Part shown: positions 51,573 to 63,298 of the stretch, piece after piece
How positions within the stretch are numbered: the first letter of the stretch is position 1
Layout of the letters: every line of letters begins with the position of its first letter
DNA from: TPA_inf: Saccharomyces
Lineage: Eukaryota
DNA: 64,000 bases
Assembly (NCBI GenBank): GCA_000146045.2
Contig: BK006936.2
Coordinates: forward strand, 64,001-128,000
Direction of reading: 5' to 3'
The notes under the pieces: model-generated
The model's input: the letters and a program-made list of their open reading frames with translations, nothing else
The model's database searches: none
Told to the model about the DNA's origin: nothing
Made by a program: the position numbers and the translations under genes

Positions 51573-52829
51573 TTACTCTCCAAATATCTTACAGGTCGTC
51601 TTCCACGTGGTATCTATCAAAGTAGCCAGATCCACGTCCTTGACTTCCGATACGACAATTGCTACTTGTTCCATATTACAAGGCTCATTACGGCCCTTGA
51701 CCATGTAAAGTTCTTCTGCATTCAACTTGTCAGCGAGCTTATTTTTCTTAACGGACTTGAATGCAGGGTATTCGAAATCCCTAACCTCCTGGTATTTGGC
51801 TAAGTACTGGAAAGATGCATGCGTTCTTTTAATCTCACACCACGGAGCATCTGTCTCTAATAACAACCTTTCTGTTGGTATTTGCTTTACAACAGCTAGA
51901 TTTTCCTCGGTTCTCAACGAGCAACCGTTTACTCCTATGAAGATGTTGGGTGATAAGTTCAGTAATTTCTGCAAATCTATCGCAGAACCAGTGAATGAAT
52001 GGACCACTAGTTTTCTATCTGGATGAAATTTGTAAAACCCGCTAGACGACGATGCACCTAACTTTTGTAGCTGAAAGGTATCCCTCTCATCAGTGAACCC
52101 GGCAATAAATCTTTCCAATATTTGAACAAAATCGTCACATGCGCTTCTCATATGCAGAAACAATGGATAGCTGCTGAGTTTATCGTTCAAACAACTTATT
52201 TTCAGTTGCTCTTCAAAAAAAACCTTTTGCATCTCTTTAGAACTATAGTGAAATCTGTCGTAGTCCAACCCGATCTCACCAATTGACCTGAAACTTGTAT
52301 CATGAGGTTTTGCTTGCTGATTCATCAAATCATAAAGCTCTTTCAGTTTACCCTGTGCAAAAGATGGATTACTAATAACTTTAGCATATAGAGACTCATT
52401 ATATGCTTCATCCATGGAAGGGTTATCAATAGAAGCGCTAGCCTTGTCCCCTTGACTAGCATCCGCAAACTCGTTAACGCAACATGGGTGAACACCTATT
52501 GTGTGATACAGCTTTAACGGGCTAAGATCTTTGACGCTGCTTACCAACTCAATGGCACTTTGAGACTCCGCTATGGATGATCCTGTAACAAGGGCATTTT
52601 TCACGTGCCTCTGAGCAGCACGCTCTAATAATTTTACATAATCTGCTGGATGGTACTGCTTACCATTGTAAATACCGTGAAACATAGGATCTGTCAGATT
52701 CAATCCAATATCATAGTATTTCAGCGGAGAATCCGTGGCAGTTGATGTCATGCTATAATATTGTGTCAAAATTGGTTTCCAGAGCCTAGAACAACTTTTG
52801 TTCGAGGATTTCAATAAGATGCCCCACAT
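51573..52829 (-). CDS. YBL055C: YBL055C, TatD-family Mg-dependent 3'-5' exonuclease/endonuclease
   Basis: 418 aa from the ATG at 52829 (MWGILLKSSNKS...). The ORF-track start at 52856 is a TTG. It has the TatD-type metal-dependent hydrolase fold. Confidence 0.85.
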   Translation of the reverse strand: MWGILLKSSNKSCSRLWKPILTQYYSMTSTATDSPLKYYDIGLNLTDPMFHGIYNGKQYHPADYVKLLERAAQRHVKNALVTGSSIAESQSAIELVSSVKDLSPLKLYHTIGVHPCCVNEFADASQGDKASASIDNPSMDEAYNESLYAKVISNPSFAQGKLKELYDLMNQQAKPHDTSFRSIGEIGLDYDRFHYSSKEMQKVFFEEQLKISCLNDKLSSYPLFLHMRSACDDFVQILERFIAGFTDERDTFQLQKLGASSSSGFYKFHPDRKLVVHSFTGSAIDLQKLLNLSPNIFIGVNGCSLRTEENLAVVKQIPTERLLLETDAPWCEIKRTHASFQYLAKYQEVRDFEYPAFKSVKKNKLADKLNAEELYMVKGRNEPCNMEQVAIVVSEVKDVDLATLIDTTWKTTCKIFGE

Positions 52830-53290
52830 ATAACTATAACAGTACTGGCGCCTCAAAAAAATGCCTTGGCAGCGAAAGTGTCCACCTTTAGTTGTCCATT
52901 GCTACCAGGACATCACCACTGGGCCCTTCCAGCATGCTGGAAAGATTGTTCTTAGAAGAGTGCTGTTCTAAGTAACCCGGCGTTAGTAGGGGCTAAGCCT
53001 TCTAGAAGGCCGGAAAAGGCTCAGAAATGCCTGCAGTGCAAAGCTTTTCAGGAACGTTACTAGCGCAAGTCTTCTGGCTGCTGTTTAGCAACCTCTTTGC
53101 AGGTATTTCGCAGCGGGATTTCGCAGGTGTCTTGCCTAGCGTATCAACACTTAGTAGCAGTTAGGTTCTAAAGTTAAACTCCACTTCCGTTCTTCTTCGA
53201 GTTCCTTTTTGAGCGGTTTGGCCTATCTTGTCTCATCATCTTGTTAGTGTGCGACGTTATCTGTGGGTGAGAGAGGCTATTTTTGGTCCG

Positions 53291-53380
53291 GTGAAAAAAA
53301 AATTTTTTCTCTGCTGAGAGCTGAAATTTGAAAATTGAGATGAGATGCGATGCGATGAGATGCGAGACCAATGCGATGAG
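53291..53380 (+). promoter_or_regulatory. RRPE (AAAAATTTT) plus two PAC motifs (GCGATGAG) in the TOD6 upstream region
   Basis: GTGAAAAAAAAATTTTTTC lies at 53291..53310. GCGATGAG occurs at 53352..53359 and 53373..53380, embedded in GATGAG/GCGATG-rich sequence. These are 210 to 300 bp upstream of the TOD6 ATG. Confidence 0.6.
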
Positions 53381-53588
53381 ACACTTTTCTACTTCCTTAC
53401 ACAGAAGTCGTGTATAGTTTTTGTACGTTGATATTAATAAAGGCTTTTCATATCATTTTGTTTTCAGGTAAACAAATCTGGCAAATCTCCACTGCTTGAG
53501 TCATTAAAACTACTCACTCAAGAAGGCATATACACGACAGTGGGTAGAGAAAAGAATATATCACTGTTCTTATTGAAGTTCCCTCGCG

Positions 53589-55166
53589 ATGACGTTGCCG
53601 AAACTCAGTAGCGTTTCTGTTTCATCAGGACATGTTAGTGCCAACTCACATGGTTTCTCAATACTAAGCAAACACCCTCACCCAAATAATCTTGTCCATT
53701 CCCACTCACTTTCTCACACAAATGCGAAGAGCCACCTGCCTATCAGTAGCACTAGCACTAAAGAGAACAGCACGAACAAGGAGGAGGCGGAATCACTCAA
53801 AAAAAACAACCCCTCTTCTTGGGACCCTAGTGATGATATCAAGCTCCGCCACCTGAAAGAGATCAAGAACTTGGGCTGGAAGGAGATTGCACATCATTTC
53901 CCAAATAGAACTCCTAACGCTTGTCAATTCAGATGGAGGAGACTGAAATCAGGCAACTTAAAGTCTAACAAGACCGCAGTTATTGACATCAATAAGCTAT
54001 TCGGCGTGTATGCGACTGGTGATGCTACCCCATCCGCGGGTACTCCGTCTGCGGAAGAAGCCGTAAAAGAGGAAGCTGTTGAGGATGAAGATATTACTGC
54101 AGGTTCTAGTGCTATCGAGGATTCTCCACCGGATTTCAAGCCATTAGTTAAGCCTAAATACATGGACAGAAAACTGATAACTCAAAGATCTACATCAACA
54201 TTTTCGGACCATGAGCCACAACACACGAAACCAAGGAAACTGTTTGTTAAGCCAAGGTCCTTCTCTCATTCTATAACAACCAACACGCCTAATGTAAAGA
54301 CTGCTCAGCAGACAAATCTAAGCCTTTATAACACTACTTCAGCAAAGACAAATAAAGCTGTTAATTCCAATGATTATGAGAATATTGGTCTTGTGCCTAA
54401 AATTATTATCAGGTCTAGAAGGAACTCCTTTATTCCTTCAACTCAAATCCCTCATTCAACGACGAAGACTAGGAAAAACTCGCATTCCGTAATTTCTTCT
54501 AGAAGATCATCTTTTAACATGATGCATTCAAGAAGATCATCCTTCAACTCTCACGCTCCTACGGAGCCTATTTCTAGAAGAGCTTCCTTGGTAGTTAGCC
54601 CGTATATGTCACCCAGAAGGTTATCTACATCGCAATCCGTTCATTATCATCCACAGCACCAATACTATCTTAACCCCATAGCGTCTCCCAACTGCAAGAC
54701 AGACCACGCAAATGACAAAATCACGCACACGAGGACTTTCTTAGATATGCAAAAATTCGCTAATAAACACCCGTGGTCTAGAGAAGATGATGAAGTGCTA
54801 CTTAACAATACGAAGGACAAACAAAACCATTTGTCGCCGCTAGAAATTTCTATTGTTCTGCCTAATAATAGATCCGAGTTGGAAATCCAACAAAGAATGG
54901 ATTATTTAAAGAGAAAAGGACGTGTAAGTGGTTTTCATACAAATGAAGGATGCAAAGACGAGGAGGAGGAGGATGACATTGACCCACTGCACAAGGAGAA
55001 TGGCATTAACACGCCATCGCAGCAATCGCAAAATTACGGTATGTTAGAGGCTAAACATGATAATCCAAAGTCTAGTGAGCTTTCTTCTATGACCAGCGCA
55101 AATGACATACGCAATGAGCAAGATGAACTTCCAGGTATAAATTCTATCTTTAAAAATATATTTTAA
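53589..55166 (+). CDS. TOD6: TOD6, Myb-like PAC-motif-binding repressor of ribosome-biogenesis genes
   Basis: 525 aa with ATG at 53589. The single Myb/SANT repeat is WDPSDDIKLRHLKEIKNLGWKEIAHHFPNRTPNACQFRWRRL. Confidence 0.9.
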   Translation: MTLPKLSSVSVSSGHVSANSHGFSILSKHPHPNNLVHSHSLSHTNAKSHLPISSTSTKENSTNKEEAESLKKNNPSSWDPSDDIKLRHLKEIKNLGWKEIAHHFPNRTPNACQFRWRRLKSGNLKSNKTAVIDINKLFGVYATGDATPSAGTPSAEEAVKEEAVEDEDITAGSSAIEDSPPDFKPLVKPKYMDRKLITQRSTSTFSDHEPQHTKPRKLFVKPRSFSHSITTNTPNVKTAQQTNLSLYNTTSAKTNKAVNSNDYENIGLVPKIIIRSRRNSFIPSTQIPHSTTKTRKNSHSVISSRRSSFNMMHSRRSSFNSHAPTEPISRRASLVVSPYMSPRRLSTSQSVHYHPQHQYYLNPIASPNCKTDHANDKITHTRTFLDMQKFANKHPWSREDDEVLLNNTKDKQNHLSPLEISIVLPNNRSELEIQQRMDYLKRKGRVSGFHTNEGCKDEEEEDDIDPLHKENGINTPSQQSQNYGMLEAKHDNPKSSELSSMTSANDIRNEQDELPGINSIFKNIF

Positions 55167-55334
55167 GCTAAGAGACGAATTTAGTTTGTTTTGACTATTC
55201 GTTTAATGAGTACAAATTAATCGCACCCACACATGTACACACACACATATATATCTTTATATATACACATAAAATTTATTCGTAGGAGAATTCTGTAATA
55301 CTATTGACTACAAGGGTTCTTATTGCTATTAATA

Positions 55335-55709
55335 ATGTTACATGTATATGCTTATATCCAATATATACCCATCGCCGCTTATTCTTCGTCATCCTCTATT
55401 AGAGTTATTTTTCTTCTTTTTCTGACTCTCTCCTTCCTTATGTGGCTTTCTATATCGTTTTCATCCTGCTCTTGTCCTTTTCTCTTCCCATCCTCATCAT
55501 CATCACTGTCTTCTTCATATGTGTCTTCCTCCTCATCATTTTCTTCTGATATTTGCTCATCCTCAATGTCATCATCAAGGGTAAAGTCTTCGTCTTCGTC
55601 TTCATCTTCTTTGGCGTTTTCACCTACATATAATTCAGTATCTACATCGTTTTCTACTTCATCCTGCTCTAAACTTGATATTCCAGTATCGTTTCTCCTA
55701 GCTGCATGA
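55335..55709 (+). CDS. YBL053W: Dubious ORF YBL053W, overlapping the SAS3 3' end on the opposite strand
   Basis: 124 aa from the ATG at 55335. It is Ser-rich low complexity, antisense to the acidic tail of SAS3. Confidence 0.2.
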
Positions 55710-57874
55710 TTTCCAAGTGGTGTTTCGGAGTTTTTAATAGTGAAGCAGAGCTCCCAATGAGTTTCTGTACTAAATTTTGATCTTGGTATCCCTTTGCGAT
55801 CATGGATGCTTTCCAGCACTCTTTTTTCCGCTTGATAGATTAATCTATCATTATTTGTGTTCTTATAATCACACATATACTCTGTTAAGGAGGAAACAGT
55901 GTCTTCAAAAAAATCAGTAGCAGGTACTTCCGGTTCTATGATATTGTTTACATGAAGCTTGGATGTTTTGTGCTCACTACTTCTTCTTCTTCTTCTTCTG
56001 CGTTTATTATGTGCTCTACTGTTGTTATAGTTTTCTATATGTGTGTTATTCGAAATTACCGGAGCCATAGTTTCATTTGTAAGAGCTTCGTCCGCTAATG
56101 CGGTGGGTTCTAAGTTCATCATCCCATTTATACCAAATGACGGCCCTAATATAATAGGTTCCCACAATAGTTTGTCATATTTGACGCGAGGATAGTTTTT
56201 TGAGCTCCAAGTTTTGTAAATATTTTCAATCCTGTTCCAAGAATCGATTTTAATAATATAGTTGAAATCATCCAAACTGGATAATGAGCGTGTTTTATGG
56301 CGATACAAAACTTGAAGTTGTTCCAATCCAAACACAACGTCTGTTGGTATCATTCCTGTTAGTTTAGCGATATCGTTTAGGCTAACCTGCTGAAAAGTAT
56401 CTTCATTTTTATTATTTGATCGACGTCTAGCACTGTCTCTTAATTTTAATAGCACTTCAGCACATTTTATCTTCCAAAACGTTCTGTAAGTCAATAATCC
56501 TAAATCCGACAATGGTTTTTCAGGAGTTCCAAATTTTGACTCCTTTCTGGATAATAAATATGAAAATTCCATCAAAAACTGACCATATCCTTTCCTCTGG
56601 TATATGGGTAGAGTTAAAATACAACTTAGGTTATAGTCATTGGAGTTGAATTTTTCCTTGGAGAAATAGCCTACGAAATGGAATTTGGCTGCGTTTTGAT
56701 AGGGATGGTTCTCTGTATCCTCTCTCTCCGTTAGAATATAGAATATAAACGGTTCAACATCGTAATACAAAGTCTTAGAATTGATAAAACATTTTGCCAA
56801 CAGGCAAAGATTTTGACAATACAAGACATTCTCCCGCCCATCAATTTCCCAAACAGACAGCTTACCGTCGCGATAAATTTCATTTCCGGGGGGCTTAAAA
56901 GTTAGACACTTTAGTTGGTGTCTATAAAAAGTATATCGAGAAGTCATATATTTTAGGCAGAACTCACATATAAAAACCATTTTATTTTGGTTGATGTGTT
57001 CCGGAAAAGGAGATGTATACCAAGGTTTAATTTCATAATTTCGAAGAACAATGTATTCTATCTGGGAAAACCACACTTTATTTTTGATTCTTGGTACTTT
57101 CCCTTTCCTTTTTTTCCTATCTTCGTTTTCTTGATCGGTTTCATTATGATTGCAAAGTGATACGTTACCATTAATGTACGTTGCAGACTTAGAGTTTTCT
57201 AAAAATGTAAGAAACTTTATTTTATCTTCCCAGGTGGGTAAAGTTCTTTTTGTACTGAAATCTTTCATTTTTTTTATTGTTCCGCCGTATGGTACGTACC
57301 ATTGCCAAGAATCGTTATCCCTGAATGGCGTATTATCAGAAGAATATGGGTACTCCATGTTTTCGGTTGCTAGATCCCATGTTTGCTTTAACCTGTTAAC
57401 TCTTCTTTGAAACCCGATTAGAGGACCGGATGATGTTATATTTTTGTTAACTAAAGGTGCTATGACTGAAGATTTAGATATTAGTCTTTCAAAATTGAAA
57501 AATTTGATAGAATCATACTTAATTCTAACCTTCAACTCCTCGCTGACTTCAATATTAGGTTCAATAATGGGGAAACTTACTGCTCCCATCTTATTGTCCC
57601 TATTAACGATATTTTGAGAAGAATTTTCTGACGCAAGTTTGGACTGCTGGGAAATCAACCCTTTTTTTATTTTATTAAGGCCTTTATCAGACCGAACACT
57701 TCCTCTTATTCGATGTGATATACTGGCATCGGAGTTGAATAGTCGTCTTGTAGTTCTATGTCCATTTGTATCGCTTCTGACAAATTGAGAATGTATCAGA
57801 TCATCGATCTCTAAGTTTTTCAATAATGCATTTTTTTTGGGTTTTGGCGATTCGTCGTTTGCTGTTAATGACAT
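55379..57874 (-). CDS. SAS3: SAS3, MYST-family histone acetyltransferase (NuA3 catalytic subunit)
   Basis: 831 aa from the ATG at 57874 ([18 protein letters not shown]). It has the MYST C2HC zinc finger ([21 protein letters not shown]), the acetyl-CoA motif [16 protein letters not shown] and an acidic D/E C-terminal tail. Confidence 0.92.
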
Positions 57875-58752
57875 TATCTGCAAATTATACGGAGACTAAT
57901 TAATGAAGAAGGAAGAAGAGAGAGGGCGGTATGAATAACACCTATGAGAAAAGAATAGCAATGCTTTTCCTTTTTTACCTTTTATATTCGTTCTTTCTTC
58001 TTTTGCCTCTTTTAATATGCTTTGTTTCTGTGCTATTTTCCCGACTCTTTATTTCAAACAATGAAGCCCCCAATTAATCAAGAACCACCAAAATAGCATG
58101 TCAGTTGAACACTCAACGACTAAAAAAACGAATAATTTCTTGTTCAATTGGCCTGAACGTTTGACTATGAAACTTTCTGCTCTTCTCTGATCATTGTAAA
58201 CAAAGAAATGTCAATAAATTATTGTTACCCGACTTTCTATATACTACAAATACCGCCAATGATGCAGTGAGCAAGATATCAATTAATGCAAAAACAATAT
58301 CGAGTAAGGTAGAAACATCTCTGTGATTAAACATCGTACATATAAATACCATATATAAAAGTATGTGGGAAAAGAACGTTCAAAAAAAAAAAGTAAGTAG
58401 TAGGTTAAAAATAAAATCTCAAAAGAGGGAAAAAAAAAAAAGAGGGATAATTTTGGCTTGATTACATTGCGTTACTTAAAGTAGCCTCATCATTCATTCA
58501 TTATCATCGTTTCATCGACATTAGGTGACGTTTCTCAGTAAAAATTAACTTCATCATGATCATTAATTTCATATTCATATTCGGTTATTTTTTTTTTTTT
58601 TTATATTTTTTTTCAATGGTGTTTTTGATGGTTTTTATTATATATATATATTTTTTTATCTTTTATCTTGTGTAAGCACCCCTCATTACTTGTATCGTGC
58701 GATATACAAATACCAAACAAACTCTATAATCATAGAATAATGGAAGTATATA

Positions 58753-60759
58753 TTACCATAGATTCTTCTTGTTTTGGTTTTGTAAATCCAGTCCGCTTAA
58801 AGAACGATTCAAGCCCTGTTCCAAGCCATCATCTAGTCCAGAGTGACTCAAAGATTTATAGATCAAGTCGGCACTATTCAAATTGTGTGCGGACAACATG
58901 GACTCATCGTGATAAGACTGATATGAGAAATTAGAATGTACTGAGCCATTTGTGTGCTGTGGAAGCAGTTGGGACTGTGAGTTTGCTGAAGATGGGCCGT
59001 TAAGGTTGTACAACTGCTGGGAAGACAATGAAGCATTTTGGTATGCCACTGGTACCCGTTGTTGAGTTTGGGACTGTGCTGGTGGTTGCGCTTGGGATAG
59101 GGTTTGGCTGTTGATTGGGATTTGTGAATTTGGAGGTGAAATTTGAGAATTTCTCAGTAAGGGATTAACGGAATTGATTTGATAATGGTTGGCAGAATAA
59201 CCGGATGGAATTCTTGAGGATGGTGTTAAAGTAGCTTGTTGTCTTAAAAAAGATTGTTGTTGTTGCGCAGCTGACTGAACATTTTGCTGTGTTTGTGGTT
59301 GAGGTTGTTGCGGTTGGTCTGCGGAATTGTATTGAGAACTATGGTGTATGTTCATTTTAGGTGAGGTTAGTGTTGGTTGCATGGAGAATTGTCCCTGTGA
59401 AGAAATTTTTGGTGTTGAGCTGGCGCTATTGTTATTAATGATGACATTGTTACCGTTACCGTTATTACTGTTAATAGTATTGCTGTTGGAAGAATTGTTA
59501 ACGGCCTGATTGCTAATACTATTCGCTGCAGCTGCTGCATGGGCCTGTAACAAACTTGTATAAGATTGTGACCTATTCATGGAGCCGCCAGTGGAGTTTG
59601 GCTGCAAAGGATGAGCAGATGTCATTTGACCTTGTTGTTGCAAATGAGATTGTAAATTAGCATGATCCAGAATCTTTCTTCTGATAATAATAAATCTTGG
59701 ATCATATACTTCTACTAGCCCTAAGTACGAGCACAAAACATTGATAATTCTCTTGTGGGAAGCGGATATACCCATGGGATAAGCCAACTCGTAATAATAC
59801 TTTTCTCTATCCTTAAATAACAATAATTGGGAATAAATTTCCAAAGTGTCAGGGTCATTGAAGTCCAGTTGTTGGGGTGGGAGAGGCAAAGTGGAAGTTG
59901 ATGGTAAAGGCGCATAAAATCTCTCAGTGGACATCTGGGCTTGATTATTAACGTTTGTTTGGTACAACGATGAAGAAGTATGTTGGGCAGAAAGTGAAGG
60001 TTGGTTCAGAATGATGTTACCACTATTGTTGTTATTAGAACTGTTATTGTTAATGGTATTATTCATTGGACTGTTCATCATGCTATTAGCATTAATGCCG
60101 TTCATTAGAGTCGAGAATAATTGATTGTTAGAAGTATTATTGTTTCCGCTTCCACTCATTTTAGATAAAGAATCCAAAGAAAGATTAGATGACGATCTGT
60201 GTTGTTCTTCTAATTGTCCTCTTTTCTCTCTCTTCTCCCTCTCGATTCTTTCTCTTTCAGCTTGGGGAAGCATTTTTTTATATTCCACTTTCAATTTCCT
60301 CCCGCTGATTTCCTTTCCATTCAAAGAAGTTATCACTTGAGTAGTTTCTTCAGGAGTGGTGAAATTCGCAAAGGCTAGTCCTCTGAAAATACCGTTATCA
60401 AAGTGGTAATTGAAGGCATAAGGAAGGGGAAGATCCATTTCTTCAATAATGTCTAACAATTGCTCTTTTTTAATAGCAAACGGAATGTTTTTAATAACAA
60501 TAGCATTTGGGATAACATCATCGTCCAAAGCACCATTGGTGGGGGCATTATTCAAATTTGTAGAAGAAACGTTTTGTTCGGCATTTTTTGCAGAGTTCTC
60601 ACCAGTTTCCGTTTGCACACCGTTTTCTTTGTCAATTGCATCTCTAGTTTCGATAGATTGCTGATTTGTTTCCTGGTCATTAGTCTCCGTATTTATATTA
60701 TTATCCTGAGCATCATTGATGGCTGCAGGAGGAGCATTCTCAAAAGAACTGGTCTCCAT
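58753..60759 (-). CDS. PIN4: PIN4, RRM protein with Q/N-rich prion-like regions
   Basis: 668 aa with ATG at 60759. The RRM is IVIKNIPFAIKKEQLLDIIEEMDLPLPYAFNYHFDNGIFRGLAFANF. It has long N/Q/S-rich tracts. Confidence 0.9.
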   Translation of the reverse strand: METSSFENAPPAAINDAQDNNINTETNDQETNQQSIETRDAIDKENGVQTETGENSAKNAEQNVSSTNLNNAPTNGALDDDVIPNAIVIKNIPFAIKKEQLLDIIEEMDLPLPYAFNYHFDNGIFRGLAFANFTTPEETTQVITSLNGKEISGRKLKVEYKKMLPQAERERIEREKREKRGQLEEQHRSSSNLSLDSLSKMSGSGNNNTSNNQLFSTLMNGINANSMMNSPMNNTINNNSSNNNNSGNIILNQPSLSAQHTSSSLYQTNVNNQAQMSTERFYAPLPSTSTLPLPPQQLDFNDPDTLEIYSQLLLFKDREKYYYELAYPMGISASHKRIINVLCSYLGLVEVYDPRFIIIRRKILDHANLQSHLQQQGQMTSAHPLQPNSTGGSMNRSQSYTSLLQAHAAAAANSISNQAVNNSSNSNTINSNNGNGNNVIINNNSASSTPKISSQGQFSMQPTLTSPKMNIHHSSQYNSADQPQQPQPQTQQNVQSAAQQQQSFLRQQATLTPSSRIPSGYSANHYQINSVNPLLRNSQISPPNSQIPINSQTLSQAQPPAQSQTQQRVPVAYQNASLSSQQLYNLNGPSSANSQSQLLPQHTNGSVHSNFSYQSYHDESMLSAHNLNSADLIYKSLSHSGLDDGLEQGLNRSLSGLDLQNQNKKNLW

Positions 60760-61124
60760 TTCTTATTGTTGTTGAACACGCTTTCCCTAGTCTGTAGCCT
60801 GCCTCTATGAGTACTATATCACACTTCTTCTTGCGCTAATCTCCAAAGACCTGCTGGTAATCTCAGCTGAAAGGCTGCCTTTAATTGTTATTCTTTTCCA
60901 GGAAAAAATCGCAAAGTTGCAGCATCCGTGTTTCGTGACATCATTGAAGGTTACCCTAATCTATTACCTCGGATTAACTTGAATTAATAAGGACACACAG
61001 GTATAGGGAAGGTAAAGTTGAAGTAATGATAAGAAGTGGGCAGCACCGAAGCAGTTTATCTGAACTAACTTCTGTACGACTCGAGAATATAGTAAGAACA
61101 CCATCATTAACCTGAAAGTTAAAA

Positions 61125-62119
61125 ATGTCAGACCCTGTAGAGTTATTGAAAAGAGTATGTAGTAGGGAAATATATCAAAGGAACAAAATGAAAGCTATGT
61201 GATTCCGTAATTTACGAAGGCAAATTACTAACATTGAAATACGGGAATTGATATTTCCCGTTGTGTTAAGGCTGAGAAGAAGGGTGTTCCTTCATCGGGT
61301 TTCATGAAATTGTTTAGCGGTTCTGATTCATACAAGTTTGAGGAGGCTGCTGATCTTTGTGTCCAAGCAGCCACCATTTACCGTCTAAGAAAAGAGTTAA
61401 ACTTGGCAGGAGACTCGTTTTTGAAAGCTGCTGACTATCAGAAAAAGGCTGGTAATGAAGACGAAGCAGGAAATACCTACGTAGAGGCTTATAAATGCTT
61501 TAAAAGCGGTGGAAACTCTGTGAACGCCGTGGATTCATTAGAAAATGCTATTCAAATTTTTACTCATAGGGGGCAGTTCCGGAGAGGTGCTAATTTCAAG
61601 TTTGAGCTTGGAGAAATTCTAGAAAATGATTTGCATGACTATGCAAAAGCTATAGATTGCTATGAGCTCGCTGGTGAGTGGTATGCCCAAGACCAGTCGG
61701 TAGCATTATCGAATAAGTGTTTTATCAAATGCGCAGATCTAAAGGCTCTTGACGGTCAATATATTGAAGCAAGTGATATATATTCGAAGTTGATCAAGAG
61801 CAGCATGGGCAATAGATTGAGCCAATGGAGTTTGAAGGATTACTTCCTAAAAAAAGGGCTTTGTCAGCTAGCTGCTACTGATGCAGTCGCTGCTGCAAGA
61901 ACTTTACAAGAGGGTCAAAGTGAAGATCCGAATTTTGCGGATTCAAGGGAGTCAAATTTCTTGAAAAGTTTAATCGATGCTGTTAATGAAGGTGATAGCG
62001 AGCAGCTAAGCGAACACTGTAAGGAGTTTGACAATTTTATGAGACTAGATAAATGGAAAATTACCATTTTGAATAAAATTAAGGAGTCCATCCAGCAACA
62101 AGAAGATGATTTGTTATGA
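61125..62119 (+). CDS. SEC17: SEC17, alpha-SNAP. Spliced: exon 1 is 61125..61154 and exon 2 is 61271..62119.
   Basis: Exon 1 encodes [10 protein letters not shown]. The donor is GTATGT at 61155, the branch TACTAAC is at 61226..61232 and the acceptor is the AG at 61269..61270. Exon 2 begins [17 protein letters not shown]. The total is 292 aa. The ORF track shows only the part from the internal Met at 61304. Confidence 0.93.
61155..61270 (+). other. SEC17: Intron of SEC17 (116 nt)
   Basis: Consensus GTATGT, TACTAAC and AG signals. Splicing restores the reading frame. Confidence 0.92.
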
Positions 62120-62827
62120 ACGGCATATACTTACGCGCACATACATATATACATATATATTATAAATGTAACACTTGTTTTACCCGAAACGGCGAAGTAA
62201 TTGTGTACCGCCGTGCACCTTTTCCTCGAGATAAACATATAGCGATGACTTAGAGAACAAAGTAGTATTAGTATCATATACTTCCAACGTTAATCAAGCG
62301 CAATAAACCTTTGTTCGTGTGTTTCAAAGTTATTGCAAGAGCGAAGTTGAAGCCATCTTTTCACGAGAAGTTAGCTGTGGTTCGAGTCTGTCGCACGCCG
62401 TGTAATGTAAGGATCTTCCCTTAGCTTTTCTGATCCGGAGCCCTTGAGGGATATTACGCATCGCGTATCTTCATACGATTACTGTACTTTGCTGACTTGC
62501 ATTCTTGATATTGGGCTATAGTTGGCACTTCGCTCGTTTCTTTTCTTTCGTTATATAACGTAACCTTTTTTTTTTTAACTTCCTTATCCTGCCCCTTATC
62601 ACTCTGAACCCCATAGATAAACAAAGACAGAACTCTGTCCTACTTTATCTATTACTAAACTCAACACATTACAGCCCAATATTATAAATACGTTCTTCTT
62701 CGTTACAAGAATAGGCGAGGTTGTACGAACTGCAAACTAGCTGCAAATTAATTGTAACACTTAAGTGGAGAGCAGAGAGTAGCAGCACTGAAGGAAAAGG
62801 GAGAAGCTTATCTTACTGTAGAAGAAA

Positions 62828-63244
62828 ATGGGATTGCGTTACTCCATATATATTGAAAATCCGTTATCTTCCCCATCATCATCGTATAAATCAATAAACG
62901 ACCCGTTATTCCACTCTCAGCATCGATCGCAAAAAAACGTGAGCTTCATCACCTACGGTTGTAGACATTGCAAGACACATCTTTCCAGTTCCTTCCAGAT
63001 TATTTCTAGAGATTATAGGGGTAGGACCGGAACTGCTTATTTAATGAACAAAGTTGTTAATGTCGTTGAAGGAAAGGTCGAGCAACGAAGAATGTTGACT
63101 GGCGACTACTTAGTCTGTGATATTCTTTGTCATTGGTGCAAGAGGAACGTAGGTTGGAAATACTTGCAGAGCAGCAATGATGATCAGCAGTATAAGGAAG
63201 GAAAGTTTATCTTAGAGCTGAAAAACATTTGTAAATGTACTTGA
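62828..63244 (+). CDS. MOH1: MOH1, yippee-like zinc-binding protein
   Basis: 138 aa with ATG at 62828. It has two CxxC pairs (CRHCKTH and [12 protein letters not shown]), typical of the yippee/Mis18 fold. Confidence 0.85.
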
Positions 63245-63298
63245 TGTCTTCCTTTGTCTGCTATCTAGCACCTCTCGTCTTTTAGTGCTTTTTAGCGT

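Noticed and set aside
53040-53170. Moderately GC-rich 130-bp segment upstream of YBL055C and TOD6. I considered it as a possible small ncRNA.
   Set aside because: I found no snoRNA boxes, tRNA A or B boxes, or stable stem structure by inspection. It is most parsimoniously part of the 760-bp divergent promoter. It does contain the direct repeat ATTTCGCAG at 53105..53126.
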